Under the pieces are notes generated by a model. That model had not been told where the DNA came from. It saw only the letters and a list, made by a program, of their open reading frames with translations, and did not search any database. From Octopus sinensis (lineage: Eukaryota): DNA of 64,000 nucleotides. Shown one piece after another: positions 14,491 to 28,859 of the stretch. Numbering within the stretch: position 1 is the stretch's first letter; every line of letters begins with the position of its first letter. The position numbers and the translations under genes are program-made. Where the stretch lies: positions 86,862,001-86,926,000 of the forward strand of contig NC_043001.1 in assembly GCF_006345805.1 (NCBI RefSeq), in the 5' to 3' direction.

Positions 14491-15747
14491 GAATGTCTGA
14501 GCTGGTTATGGCCAGTTTAAATGTTGAAGGGCTCAAACAACACCTATGATAACACCCTGGTTCTCCCTCACCAGCAAAGAATATGAAATACTACCAATCA
14601 TCACAACATAAACAACACACCCAAAAGTTCACAACACACACAAGACTCAAAGAAGACAGGAAAACGAAATAAGGCACAAACAATTGCGCAATCACAGGTA
14701 CCACAGTTAGACAGCAGAAAGACACCACAACTGTGTACAACAGAGCATACTACCTTCATTCCTCTCCGATTAAATGAAAACATGTTGTGACTGAGAAAAT
14801 GATATGATTGATGCACCTTATTGTTCAGTGAACTACTAGTGTGCCTATGACTGCTCATTTAGGGTCTGACCTGGGGCTACATAACATCCACCCCAACACA
14901 ACATCGTTTTATGTCTTTCTAGTATTTTGTTTGCAAAAGCACAATTTTATCTGCACAGAAGCAGTTGTTTATAGTAAAACATTTTGTTTTTCAATGATAT
15001 GGCTACAATTAACACTACTAATAGTAAATGTCTTGTTTTTGTTTTTTCAACTAACAGCATCTATGAAAGTGGAGTGTGAGGCAGAGATAATCTAGGTTCA
15101 AACTGGAATCATGAGCAAAAACGGGATGAAAGAGTCGCTGCTTTATATTAAGGTCCATGCCATTTCCTGTGAAACTACTTCCCCAACCAATGATTTCCTT
15201 TATTAGCTCACCATTTTCGTTGCAAGAGGGGATCCCCAATCAGCTTGGCTCTTTTTATACTCAGATAGGAAAAGGAAAATAAACTTATACCTGGAGTTTG
15301 CACCTCACAGGAAATGAAGTTAAACTATAAAGCTTATTCATATTGTTTGTTTTTACCTCTTATCTCTTAAGTTCATGAGTATTCAGAAAACATTAATACA
15401 TCTGTGTGTGTGTGTGTGTGTGTACACGCGTAAGTGTGCACATGTACACACATAAGTATGAACTTACATACTCACACCACCCAATGTACTATCTAACCTA
15501 GGCTAAGGAATTCTTACTATTATCAGCTATTTGCTAAGTTTCCTGCCTTGTTAGATGTGCTTCACTGAACATTAACTAACCCCCCACAGAAGCAAGCTAA
15601 GTTCAGTGAATGTAAAACCATTACATTGCACTACTATTCTGTTGACTTTGATTATGTACAAATCCCTTACAACACCATGTTCATTAATTAGCAGCTATTT
15701 CAAAAGGTAGCATTACAGCTTTTTTTCTTTTCTTTGTTTTGGTTTCT

Positions 15748-15976
15748 TTAACCCTTTTGATACCAACCCGTCTGAGACCGCCTCTATTTCTTTTCTGTAA
15801 TATAAACTTCCTGTTTTAGCATGATCTAAATTAAAGCCTTCCACAAATATCCTATTTTAAATTATATTCCAAATACCACCTTAATTATGACAAAGGTAAT
15901 TTTACAAAATTCTTCATTATTTTCAAAATTAATTAAAATGAAGCCAGTGTATTTCAACATATTAACAAAAGTGTTA
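15748..15976 (+). mobile_element. TTAA-flanked MITE, same family as 20958-21137
   Basis: Starts ttaacccttttgatacc, ends aaaagtgttaa, and shares the ttcttcattattttcaaaattaatt core. Confidence 0.7.
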
Positions 15977-16678
15977 AAGAAGCTGCCAACCTACTTTGAT
16001 ACAGCACCAAGTATTATAATTGTTATTTATTCACAGAGTTAAAAATCGTGCAGGGTTTCAAGTTCCAGGAATGATAAAACAAATGCCAGTCAAGTGTAGG
16101 AGCTGATTTTATGGATGGATTCCTCTCCAACAGTTTCTAATCTTATTTCTTGTAGGTCACTAATTCACTCACTTGATATGAAACTCCCACTGTCCCTTAT
16201 TCAAGTGCCTCTTTTATAATAAAAAGAAAAATTATCGTTGTTGTTATTATTATCAGTATTACTCAAATCAGCCTATCATCTCTCTGATATTGATAAAATA
16301 AATACTAGTCGTAACTGAAGTTGAACTCCTGCAAACTTGTGGCCTTGTGCCAATGTAAGAAATTAGTATTATGATTAGAAAGTTGATGAAGTGTAGGAAG
16401 CAGAAGAGTGTTGCAGGACTAAAAGCCTTGTGGCAGGTGGTGGTAGGTCTAAATCACATACCTTAGTATGTGCAGTGTAGTTCAAATTCCATTCATGTAA
16501 ACTCTGCTTTTCATCCCTCCAAGGACTCAATTAAGTACCAACTCGATAGATTATCTCTCAAGAAACTTAAAAGTGCTGTACTAAAATTAGAATTATTATT
16601 ATTAGACTATATCTGAAGACAGCTCCCACAGGGAGACTGAGCATTAAGTAAGCTTCACTGAATTTCTACACATGAAAT

Positions 16679-16736
<58 letters not shown>

Positions 16737-17254
16737 GTGGTAGTGGATCTCCACCATCTAACAATGAAGATTCAGTTGTTCAATCAACTGAATTACCTGC
16801 CTTTGAATTAATGTATAAGTAACTGCGCATTCCACAAACACATGTAATCAATGTAATTCTCAGGTAGAATCAGCATGACACAGCATGTTGACAAGGCTAT
16901 ACCTTTTCAATAACAGGTATGATCCATCCAAAAAGCTTCTATACAGTTTACATCTACCCAGTTTCACTCACATGGTATACATCAACTCAAGGCTGACAGA
17001 AAATGACATTAATCTAAGACACCCTGCAGTGGAATTGAACCCAGGAAGCAAGTTTCTTAACTAAACACTCAATCATACTTTCCCTGAACACACACAATAT
17101 TAGGGTGGTTGTGAGGTAAGGGCTTGAGGTTCTGCTTACTTAGAGACGGTGAAAATGCAATGCATCACTTTGTTCCCAGTGTAGTGAATGCTGTGTGACA
17201 AATGTCTGACTTGCTAGACAGAGAATAAAAAAAAAATAGCCTTTCCTACTTTGC

Positions 17255-18960
17255 TGTGTTCATAGCAACACTTCATCAGTGCCATAGAGATTGCTACATT
17301 TTGGCACAACCAAATATCCAGCACTATAACCAGATAAGCTGAGGAGTCATCATCACCCAAGACAAGAACAAGGAGATAAAATCTGCTGCTCCAGCTACCA
17401 GGGGATAACTCTGCTATCCATTGCAAGATAAATAATAACACTCCAGAATGACTGGTGTATATCATTGCAGAAGAACACCAAGAGAACCAAAACAGACTTA
17501 AAGCCAATACAAGCACTACTGATGTTCTCAGACAGCTCCAACAGCAATGGAGAAAACAGAAGACAATAATGATGTTTTCAGACCTTACCAATACATTTAC
17601 CACTTTGTTCAGAAAGTAAGCTTCTTGGACACTACAATCTCAAGTCCTAAGATTCGTAGTTCCAGTTACTTGGTTTCTATGGTGTGTAAGTGACCAAGAT
17701 CATAACATTCCTCCTAAACAAGACAAGTCTATCACAGGGTTACTCAGTTAGAGCTGAGTGGACTGGAGCAATGTGAAATTATATGTTTTTCTCAATAACA
17801 CAGCACCTAGTCCAGGAAATGTAACTACAATTTTGTAATCATGAGAGCAACACCCTAACCACTAGGCAACATGTCTTCATGAGCTGGAAGGGTTCATGGA
17901 AAAATTATAGACTGACCGAGATGGCCACTACTAAATTCCCCAAAATGGTCATCTAGTTATATGTGGATCAGCATGGCCAAGTTAGACCCAACAACAAGTT
18001 CTCAAAGCCCTTAATAGGAAACAGTTTCCTTATACATACTCTCTCTCCATGACATTCATAATGGCCACAGAAGACCTTAATGAAGAAAGTGATCACTACA
18101 TCCAACACTGCATCAATGACAGCTTGTTCAACTTCAGGTGACTAGTGGAAGATTACCTCTTGGACAGGTTATTCCAAAATGGGAGCTACACTTTGTTGAC
18201 TATGCGGTGCTCGTTACCCATACAGAGCCAACCATGCAACATATAACATCAGCTTTGCAGAAGCTGCTGAACTCTTCAAACTGAAAGAGAGCTTGAAGAA
18301 GACAGAAGCCCTCTGCTAGCCTACACCTTAAGAAGGTTATAACCATCTTTGCATTACTATCAGCAAAACAGATCTGAAGATGGCCCAGCAGTTCAGCTCC
18401 CTGGAGTGCACTATCACCATCTAGTGCTAAAATCAACAAAGAGGATAACCAGAGGCAGGTAAAATTAAATTGTGCATTCAGCAGACTACACAAAAGAGTC
18501 TGGAATAATAAACATTACAAAGACCACCATGTTCAGAGCTGTTATACTAACCATTATTCTGTACAAGTCATTGGTTAACTACTATCACCATGGTTCTTGA
18601 GCACTCCTGGCAATGCTGCATCTACATCCTCAACATCCACTGGAGTAACTTTATTATCAAACACTGAAATCCTTGAACAGGCAAAATGTAACCATCATGA
18701 CATTACAGCCACCACTACGCTGGGCAGGACATATTTCCAAGCTGGAAGATTATTGCTTGTCCAACAAACTCTCTACTGGTGACCTCGTCAGATGAGCACC
18801 AAAGAAACTGTACAAAGGCTCTTAGGAGAAATCCTTTGATGGTCAGTGGTAAATACAAACTCCAACTACAAGGGTCAATGACACTAGTTCATGTCCTCTT
18901 TCAAAGCTACATGCAGGGCTTTCCTTGAGAACAAGATTATGGAAGACCTGTAACACATCA
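17255..18960 (+). mobile_element. Decayed RTE-clade LINE (reverse transcriptase region) with a nested SINE
   Basis: Frameshifted translations match RTE ORF2 motifs: YQGITLLSIA, LRQLQQQWRKQ, ELHFVDYAVLVTHTE (degenerate FADD), AFSRLHKRVWNNKH, LRWAGHISKLED. Confidence 0.85.
17640..17880 (-). mobile_element. tRNA-derived SINE inserted in the RTE LINE
   Basis: Reverse complement resembles the SINE at 61691-61927 (cctagtggttagggtg head). The LINE reading resumes on both sides. Confidence 0.6.
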
Positions 18961-19103
18961 ACACTAAACTGAACTAAATTTCCTTAAAAACCATTGCATC
19001 TAAGTTTACTCCTTTTACACTGGTTTCATCAGCTAACAACAACCTAGCAGTCAACAAAACCCCTTCATGAATTTTCATTTGTGAAACAAGCAATGATTTT
19101 TTT

Positions 19104-19510
19104 TAGGAGTGGCTGTGTGGTAAGTAGCTTGCTTACGAACAACATGGTTCCCGGTTCAGTCCCACAGCGTGGCACCTTTGGGAAGTGTCTTCTACTATAG
19201 CCTCGGGCAGACCAAAGCCTTGTGAGTGGATTTGGTAGACAGAAACTGAAAGAAGCCCATCGTGTATGTACATATATATATGTGTGTGTGTGTGTGTATG
19301 GTTAAGTGTCTGTGTATGTTTGTGCGTCTGTGTTTGTACCCCCCCAACATCGCTTGACAACTGATGATGGTGTGTCTATGTCCCCATAACTTAGCAGTTC
19401 AGAAAAAGAGACCGATATAAGTACTAGGCTTACAAAGAATAAGTCCTGGGGTTAATTTGCTCGACTAAAGGTGGTGCTCCAGCATGGCCAGAGTCACATG
19501 ACTGAAACAA
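19104..19510 (+). mobile_element. tRNA-derived SINE, family A (taggagtggctgtgtggtaag...gactgaaacaag)
   Basis: A/B-box-like head, internal (GT/AT)n and a conserved 3' block. Many related copies occur in the window. Confidence 0.85.
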
Positions 19511-20957
19511 CAGTCAGAAATGTTACAATCTTTTCTAGTAAGAGCCTCAAGAGCTACATGATCTGTGCTATCCAAAACTACAAAACAACCCATTTTTCGG
19601 ATAGCAAAACATATTCAAGACCAATGAAATTGTAGACCAGTATCATATGTAGTTGATTATTTCTCTGCTATATTGGCACATACATAGCAACCCAGCTAAG
19701 AATCATCACGGGGTGGTGAGGTAAGAATTAGGTGATGGAAAATAAGGTGAGACTCAGACTCCTCTGACAACTAAAATGATAGGAAGTGGGGTATAAAAGC
19801 AGATGCCTGCAGAGAGCCAAAGTAAATGCTACATTGGTTTAATGCAAATATTAAGCTCTCATGTGGAATATAGTATCAAGATGGCTGTTTACTATTTTTC
19901 TTCTCTTGTTGCCCTGAGGGACAGCTAGATAGAGAAACAATTTTAGTGGAGGAGGTAAATGATAACTGGACACTGACAGAAAAAAATTAAGTAGACATGG
20001 CTGGTCTTTCTAACATGTCTGATATCTAATGTTATCTACTGAAAAGGTCATATGGAAAGAAAAGAAAAAAATGTTTTGGCAGAGATATAAATGGACATAT
20101 GTTATATGTGTGTATATTGAGAGAGATAGAGAGACAGAGAGCAACAGATTGGTTGGTGAGAGACAAAGGCAGAGTTAAAGAGTAAGCATCTCACAGTGCT
20201 GCCAGTGGCATTTTAGCCAAAGCGGGTGAGGAGGAATAGAACTGGATACTCTAGAATTATTCCACCCAATCTCTTGGGAGTGTACAAAATCTGAGACGGA
20301 TTTGAATGATCTTAAATGTATATGTGTGTGTACATGCACACAATATATAAAATGATATACACACACAAATACCAAAGGGAAAAAGTTTATGTAAAGAGTA
20401 GATAGGGCAAACATTTACCCTGTTTAGAGGTGGGGGGTGGAACAGGGGATTGGCAGAAACAGTAACATAATGGACAAAACACTTTTTAGTATTGCGGGGG
20501 GGGGGGTTATATATTGAGTTTGAATTACAGTGAGGTTGACTTTACCATTCATCCTTTCAAAGGCAATAACATAAGTACCAGATTGTAACTGGAGTTGATC
20601 TAATCAACTAATCTCACCTACAGAATTTCTGGCCTTATGCATATGTCAGAAACTATAATTTAGTTACAAACCTATCAAATTCTAGGGGAAACTGATGTTT
20701 TATTTTCAATCTTGAATGGTGCAGGGTCTGTGGTAGGTAAAGTAAGTACTGTATGCAGTAGTGGAGGGTGCTATATGCACGTCAGAGTCAGTGATTTCTG
20801 TGATGATTTGGTGCTGTAGAGCAGTGGCAGTTTGGTAATATACCAGGCTGTCCCTGTATGGTTGTAGCAACACAGAAGATAATGTAGTTGAGTTACAAAA
20901 CTTACAAATTGAAGAATATCAATAAGCTTTTATGTAATTAATACAACATTGCCCAGT

Positions 20958-21137
20958 TTAACCTTTTTGTTACCACATTTCTGTTGAAATACATTGCTAT
21001 TATTTCAATTAATTTTGAAAATAATGAAGAGTTTAGTGAAATAATTAACATGATGGAAGGTTGTAACTTTTTAAAACAGGAAGCTTTTATTATATAACCA
21101 GAGTTGGTCCTGGATGGGTCAGTATCAAAAGGGTTAA
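20958..21137 (-). mobile_element. TTAA-flanked (piggyBac-like) MITE
   Basis: Ends are TTAACC(C)TTT and AAAAGGGTTAA. Related copies lie at 15748-15976 (+) and about 21560-21900 (+). Confidence 0.7.
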
Positions 21138-22619
21138 TACCTGGTCTTTGGATGCTTTTAGTGGAGTTCACTCTGTTGCAAGCATCTGGTCCCAGTCTTC
21201 AGTCTGAAGATAACTTTCCCTACTTCATTTCACTAGTCTCAGGGACCCTGGAAAAAGTCTCATGAGCACTGCCCTCCTCTCTGTAGAGAAGGTTAAGTGA
21301 AAGAAACCAATGTATGATGGGTATTTTTTTGCCAACTCCAACCTGAGCCAACAACGAAGCCTCGATACAAATGTGAAATTTGTTACAAATAACAATCAAA
21401 TCTCCCTCAAATCCTATCCTACCATCTTCAAAAAAGGACACTTTAGAAAATGTAGTCCCAGTTGATATATTAAAGATGGCCTGGTCAAAATTGAAATGCA
21501 TTTCATCAGGGGACTACTTGATCAGGGATAACTCAATACAAAACAAAAGCTAAATTCATTAACTTATTGATACCAATCCACCCAAGAACAATCATGGTTC
21601 TGAGATACAAACTGTGAGTTTAAAATAATCTGAATTTAAACCATCCATCAAAATTTTGTGTTAATTTTTATCCCAAACACTAGCTAAATAATGACAAAAT
21701 TATTTTACTAATTCTTCCTAATTTTCAAAATTACCGTATTTTAACACGTATAAAGAACCCTTCTTTGTCAAAAATTAGGTTAAAAAATATGAGTTTTTTT
21801 ATAATCCCTTACAAAACCTTTTTTTCCAAATTTTAAGCCCCAAAAATTAGGGGGTTAAAATAGAGTAATTGAAACAAAAGCAATGTGCTTCAACATAAAT
21901 AAGGGGAAAAAAGGAATAAAACATTTAGGACAAGATTCTGCTAATCCTGCACACATTTTATTTGTCACAAGTGCAACAAAAATACTAACATTATATTATG
22001 AAAGCAATCCAAGACATTTGTTACAAACATCTTTGTTTAACATCCACTTGGCTATGCTTGCATGGGTCAGACAAAATTTGTTGAGGCAGATTTTCTATGG
22101 CTGGAAGCTCTGCTGCCAATACTCATCTGTTTGTCCAGACATGTTTTTCACGGAAGACTGGAAAGGAACAACACTTATATGATAGTAATGCTTGTTTACA
22201 ATCATCATGACAAAAGTACACATACATGTATGTTTATATACTATGTTGTATATCTTGGGTGAACAGTAGTTATGTGTACAACTGCTATTGGTGAGTTTCA
22301 AGTTCTATGTTGAGTAACAGCTTCCAGTCTACTTCCAATACAGTGGTGTGGTTATTACTGTATTTAGCAGTGGTACTAGTTATGATATAATGAATGAATG
22401 AATGATGAATGAATGAACGAATGAATATGTGTATATATACACAGGTGTGTGTGTGAGAGAGAGAGACAGACAGAGAAATGGACTTGGAATTGAACCTAAA
22501 ACCTTATGGTTGAGAAGCAAGCTTCTTAACCATACAACCACATCTACACTTATACCATACAAGTTTCATACCACATAAAACATACACAAAAACATTTCTA
22601 AGAGACACAAACATCTACA

Positions 22620-22670
<51 letters not shown>

Positions 22671-23804
22671 AAAGTACATTAATGAAATCTAAAATTATAT
22701 GTAAATAGAAACAAATTAAATCATCATTCCAAAAATGCTGTATTCAGTAAGATACAACAGACAAAATGCTGTTCCACTTGTCTAACTAACCAAACAACAT
22801 GATGTTAAAAGAGATGTCAGGATGGGGTTGGGGGAGAAACTAAATCAAACAAAGAGAAAAAAACTTATGTAACAGGTGACACAGTTTTTGGAGTAGATTG
22901 TTGTGGTTGCCAGACCAAACAACTAAATTGGAAAAAAAAAAGAGAAAACCAATGCTGGGGGAGGAGTGTTAGTTGAAATATAAAAACCTAATCAGAATGG
23001 TTACTTGCATTTTTTTTTCCTACCTCTTCTCTCTTTGACATCAGGTGGCAGAGTCTGCTACCATTGACAGAACAATACTCAGATGAGAACAAAAGTTTGA
23101 AGGAAATTCTTCAATTGTCTGTATTGGGGAAGTAGCATCAGAAAACAGCAACACTGATTATGCTTTTGTGACAGCTACTGTTCAATGCAGGTGGTGGTGG
23201 GGGGTGAGGAGAAGGAGGAGGAGCTGATATTAGCAAGTGATTTGTTTGATGCCATTCACCAAGTTAACCACTTCCTCAAAATTTTATTGAATTCAGCAAT
23301 TATTTCTCAGTGGTGGGTGGGTGGGTTGGCTAGGTTTGCCATACAGCATACAACTCTCCCTCTCATTTTGCATTCTCACATTTGGAAAACTTAGCGTCTT
23401 GCTATTTGGCATCATCGTCTCTGCTCACATCTTCCTCAGCTTTCCTCTTTCCTTTACCTCTGCTGTCTTTCTCACACAATACATTTTCACTCATTCATTT
23501 ATCATAGCCATACTTATAAAATCCTCTTCCCAACATACTAATACCTTTAATACAGTTCGCTTACATCCTTACTTGATCCACTGAATATATAATGTTGACA
23601 GGTGTAGGTAATACTGTGTGGTTCAGAAGCTCACTATGCAATCAAGTGCTTTTAGTTTCAGTCTCAATGTACGGTACCTTGGGCAAATGTCTTCTATAGA
23701 CTCAAGCCAACCAATGCCTTGGGAGTGAATTTGGTAGGCAGAAATCATGTAAAAACATGTCATGTGTACGTATGAGTGTGTCTGGTTATTTTTCAGGAAC
23801 TAAA

Positions 23805-24040
23805 GTCGGCGAGCTGGCAGAATCGTTAGCACGCCGGGCGAAATGCTTAGCAGTATTTCGTCTGCCATTACATTCTGAGTTCAAATTCCGCCGAGGTCAA
23901 CTTTGCCTTTCATCCTTTCGGGGTCAATAAATTAAGTACCAGTTACGCACTGGGGTCCATATAATCAACTTAATCCGTTTGTCTGTCCTTGTTTGTCCTC
24001 TCTGTGTTTAGCCCCTTTGTGGGCAATAAAGAAATAAGAA
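23805..24040 (+). mobile_element. tRNA-derived SINE, family B (ggcgagctggcagaa...gtaaagaaata)
   Basis: Contains gagttcaaattcc (B-box-like). Shared with 8846-9080, 39231-39468, 35143-35530 and 55582-56000. Confidence 0.85.
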
Positions 24041-27000
24041 ATAAAGAACTGATGATTACTTTATAGCTTACCATGCCAATCCTTCCACCTCAAAACAGCT
24101 CCACTACGGAATTCTCTCCTTATCCATGTATTTACAATTTTTACCATTGACTGACCAGTAGAATTACCCACCATACTCATAAGTATATCAAGTAAAAGGG
24201 AGCAGTTAACAGTTTTCTAAATGTTAAAATCCATGCAATGTTTGGGTATGTTCTTTCTGATGGGAGTAGCTCAGATTACCAATAAATTTCATCATGAATA
24301 TGCCACAAAAAATTCTTTTTGTTTTATTGTTATTTTTACATCTATTATTAATTGCATTTAATTATCCTTTGTAGTCAATAAAAGAATTAATTATTAATTG
24401 CATTTAATTTACTACCAACATCTTTCTTCCCTTTATCTTTTTTGAAAATACCTGTTTTTAATCATGTAACTAATTCACAACACAAACAATATTTTTTTTA
24501 GCAGAAATGGCTACTTATATTAAAAAAACCCAACATTTCTGCAATATTGCCAATTTCACAAATAATCTGATCACAATAAAAGATACAAGTATCAAAGAAA
24601 CAAACACATTTGTAGGTATTATCTGCTCAATCCTTTACAGGACTGCAGATTTTGATTTACAAAAACTTTTTCTTCAACACATTTAAAATCGAATTAAGCA
24701 TTACGCATGCAAGGCCAGCAATGTTCAAAGGTAATATCTTTCCTCCCTTAAATTGGTGATGGGAGTGGTGGTCCATGTAAGATTGAGTAATGAAATAGCT
24801 TCAGATTCACTTATTCCAACTCTTTGTAACAACCATTGTGCAATGTAAACCATTCTGCAACACCACATTTTTATAAAAAGACTAAAAGCCAATCAACAAC
24901 AAATCTCCATTTTTATCTATCCTCTGACTCATTAACTATAAATCACTCATGGCCTTAAACTGGTAGCCAAATTAATGTGTGTGTTTATGTGTATCAATAT
25001 TATCAGTCTTAATAGTTACCTTTCCATGCTTGTTTGATTCAAAATTTGTTGAAGCAGATTTTCCTATGACTAGATGCCCTTCTTGTCATAGGCCCCCACT
25101 CATTTCCAAGCAGGGTAATATTTCCCCATAGCCAGGCATGTTTTTTCTCACATAAGACTGGACACAAAGAACACTACTCATATGACAGTGACATTCGTTA
25201 ACAACCATCCTGTGATGTCAAGACAAGGGTTCACACAAACACATGCAGTCTCCATCTAAGCCAATCCACTCACAAGGCTGTGGACTACATAGAAGATGCA
25301 TGCATACCCAAGGAGCAGCACAATGGGTATGAACCCAAAATCACATGACTGAGAAACAAGCTTCTTAACCACACAGCTATACCCATGCCTATACATAAAT
25401 ACACACATCAGTTGGATTGAAACGGCCTATCGCCATACATCAACCCATTATCATCTTGTCAGAGACTTAAAATTCTCAGATCAGACTTCATTTATTTTAA
25501 GTCATTCTTGGCCTGCCAGTACCACCACAGCTACCTTCCACCAATAAAGTTTACAGCTTTTTTTTTCATAAACCCTGTGAATGTGTACTTGTCAAGCAGT
25601 ACCATTCAGTAGAGCAATAAATTCTAGCTAACTAGCCAAGCCACTCTTGTGACAATATAACTCAACATTCTTCAGCATTAGTGTTTCCACACACACACAC
25701 TAATAGACAGGAATGTGACTACATTGGCACAGTAACACATACATACACATACACACACCAGTTTTTTTCTAAATAGTTCTTTAAAACTATTTCTAAATAT
25801 AAATTCATTGGTCCATTTGTTTCAGATGTCATACCTTGTAATAAAACATTTATATGAGAGAGAGACAGACAGGCCGAGAATGTATATACTGAGAAAGGGT
25901 TGTTGCTGTTGCACAGCTCCTTGGCTGACATAGTTGGATGTGAGCATGGGCAGTCATTTATTGTTGAAAAAATGCACAGGTTAGCAATGTAATGGATAAG
26001 CTATTATAAAAAAACTAGCTCAAAAGCTGCCTGATAGGATGGCTTTTGAGTCAGCTCCTATGAAGGGCTCTTCATTAGGCCTTGGGCCCGACAATTACAC
26101 TTCATGCATTGAGTACATATTAAATGAACAATTTTCATCAAAATAACGATATAATTTGTCAACTTGGGAACTTATTGCAAAGCTGCCACCACACCTACCA
26201 TACACACACCATTCAGACGTCTGATGCCACCACCATCAATACCTTTGACTTCAATGCCTTTCCCTCCACCACCATCACCACTGTCTTTCACATAGCTTCC
26301 TCTCACCTTCATCCCTGACCACCTCAGCTACCACCATCACCACCATCATCATCACCGCTGCCTCCGCCTCTATCATAGGTACAACTCATACTATTAGTAT
26401 CACCCCATTACCATCAGTGTTCAGTATGTTAGTTAGTGTCAGTCCCTCTTTCTCTCACATACCAACTCTTTCTCTCACTCTCTTATTATTACTCCAACTG
26501 CCACCATCAACACCACTACTTTTAATAAAACATCAACTCTCCCTAAATTTCTTTGTCTGTCTTTGCTACGGCCCTCACCATCTTTATGCCTACTATTACT
26601 CTCACCCCAGCACAAGGAATAATAGAAGTGTCATTGAATAGTGAGAGAGGGGGTCAAAGTGTGACACATTAATTTTCACATTTATCATATTAGATTTACA
26701 GTGTACAGAGGAGAGTAATTTTTCTGCTAGCTATTGATAAGGTTTTCCAGTTACTGTACTATGTAGTTTGGTGTGGATGGCAATGTGCAGGAGTACTGTA
26801 GTGCAGTGCATGTTGTGTGTGCTTGTACAGTATACATAATAGATGTAAACTGCTTTAATAAAAAGAGAAAAATACACAACCGTTTAATATGCAATAACAA
26901 TCCTGGCATTTACGTTGTAAATATTTTATATAGATATATATATCATATGGTGTTTTAAAGAGGTCATCACTGTAAGTTAGTGTTGGAGAAAGATCACAGA

Positions 27001-27576
27001 AGGAATGGGGAGCTGGTGATACACACAAAAACAGAAACCAGATACTGAGTCAGATCCAATAAGAGGTTATTTAGCATGGTTGCTCAGTGGTGCATGCATT
27101 TGAATGTAGCACAGGAAAATAGAAACAACACTAACACATGCAGCTCAAAATGAAGGATCAACTAAAAAGAATCCAGTAATTAATATGGTCCACTTAAGAG
27201 CAGGTGCATCACCAGCTTATTGATGTTCAAGGTAAGTATCATCTACACCAGCCTCTTCAGCAAATACTACGAGTACTACTGTTTCTATCATTCATATATA
27301 TAAGTATCATCATCATTTAATGTCCATTGTCCATGCTGGCATGGGTTGGACAGTTTGACCAGGGCTGGAAGGCTGCACCAGGCTCCAGTCGGATTTGATA
27401 TGGTTTCTACAGCCTGATGCCCTTCCTAATGCCAACCACTCCAAGAATGTAATGGGTGCTTTTATATGTCACCAGCACGGGTGCCATTAGCATGACACCA
27501 GTATCTACCATGACTGCGATTTCACTCAGCTTGATGGGTTTTCTTCTCAAGCACAACATAATGCCAAAAGTCTAAG

Positions 27577-27636
<60 letters not shown>

Positions 27637-28859
27637 TCTATACAGGTATGGGTTAGACAAATAGATTTTTGAGGTATGGCTTTACTGCTGGAGGCTTTTC
27701 CTATTACTAACCTTTGGTTTCAAGTATGACATCTCTTATTTCATTACGGAGTAAATGGAAGATGTGCATGTGTGTGCACAAACATACATATATACACAAC
27801 AGTCTTCTTTCAGTTCCTCTCAACCAGATTCAGTCACAGGGTTTTGACCAGCCAAGTGACATATAGGAAAACATCTGCCCATGTTGCTGTACAGTGAGAC
27901 TGAATACTGGTTGGGAAATTAACTTAATACAACCATGCTTGCATATATATATTACATACATTAATATATAATTGGAGCATGAAGTGCTTGCAAAATTGTA
28001 CTTGTAAACAAAGTCACCGTCATTTGCTTAATAAATATATATTTATGTTATGAAAACAGATCAAAATAGATCTGCAGATTGAGCCACAGAGTTTTCAGCA
28101 GCTGAGGAGACAGAATTGACTAAGAGATTTGCTTTTGGCTCTGGATAAGTCATTGCCAGGATTCATATACTTCCCCATAAGCTGAGAGAATATAAGAACA
28201 TTACTTTATGAATAATGTAAACATGATAAGGCTGGGTATGATCTTATTTACATATTTAATCTCCTGTATGCTGTGTCAGTCTTATGATGAATAAACACAC
28301 ACAGCCAACTTTGAATTGCTCTGTTTGTCATGGACAGAACACAGTACCAGAGTACAAACTGACAAAACCATTTAAGCTTGTAGGATGAAAAGTTACAGCT
28401 GGCTGAAGCTCTAAGTTAAAAATTGTTATGTCAGCTCACAGCACAGCTTTTCTTTCTATGACTACTATTACGAATTAGATTCAGAAGGGATGAAACGAAA
28501 ATGAATGCTACAATACCATGTTTCAATGGTAACTTTGAGGACATAAGTTGTTGGACAGAATTAACCGATTCAATCAGATCAAGTATTCATGTAACTCCAA
28601 GAACAGTTGTCATGTCTTTTGTTTTAGAATACTTTTAGGTAGTACCACTTGGATAAATTCGTGTAGTATCAGTCATTCATTTTCCAGTCTAACCAGAAAT
28701 GGTAGTAACAGAATTAAAGTAGAGCTGCATTGTTAATAGTTCTGTTACATACCAGTTCCATTGAATGACCTGAACCTAACACTGGGATATGAGGTGTTGG
28801 TCATACAGCTACATGGTATTATCACCTCTCCTGTTTTCATGGGTAGATAAGTATTGATT

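Noticed and set aside
12744-14740. Direct repeats read as LTRs of a retrotransposon or retrozyme
   Set aside because: No TG...CA termini, primer-binding site, polypurine tract or ribozyme core; the repeats are MITE and LINE fragments.
15051-15239. 62-aa protein-like minus ORF (GIPSCNENGELIKEIIGWGSSF...)
   Set aside because: A TGA lies immediately upstream, there is no usable acceptor or donor in frame, and I recognise no family.
21220-21501. 93-aa minus ORF and a plus-strand KPRYKCEICYK zinc-finger-like peptide
   Set aside because: The 3' part belongs to a dispersed repeat family (aaatctccctcaaatc, also near 8080 and 30750), and the plus frame stops right after the CxxC.
23805-23900. tRNA-like A/B boxes here and at the heads of the other SINEs
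   Set aside because: There is no full cloverleaf; they run into SINE bodies and are multi-copy, so they are not tRNA genes.
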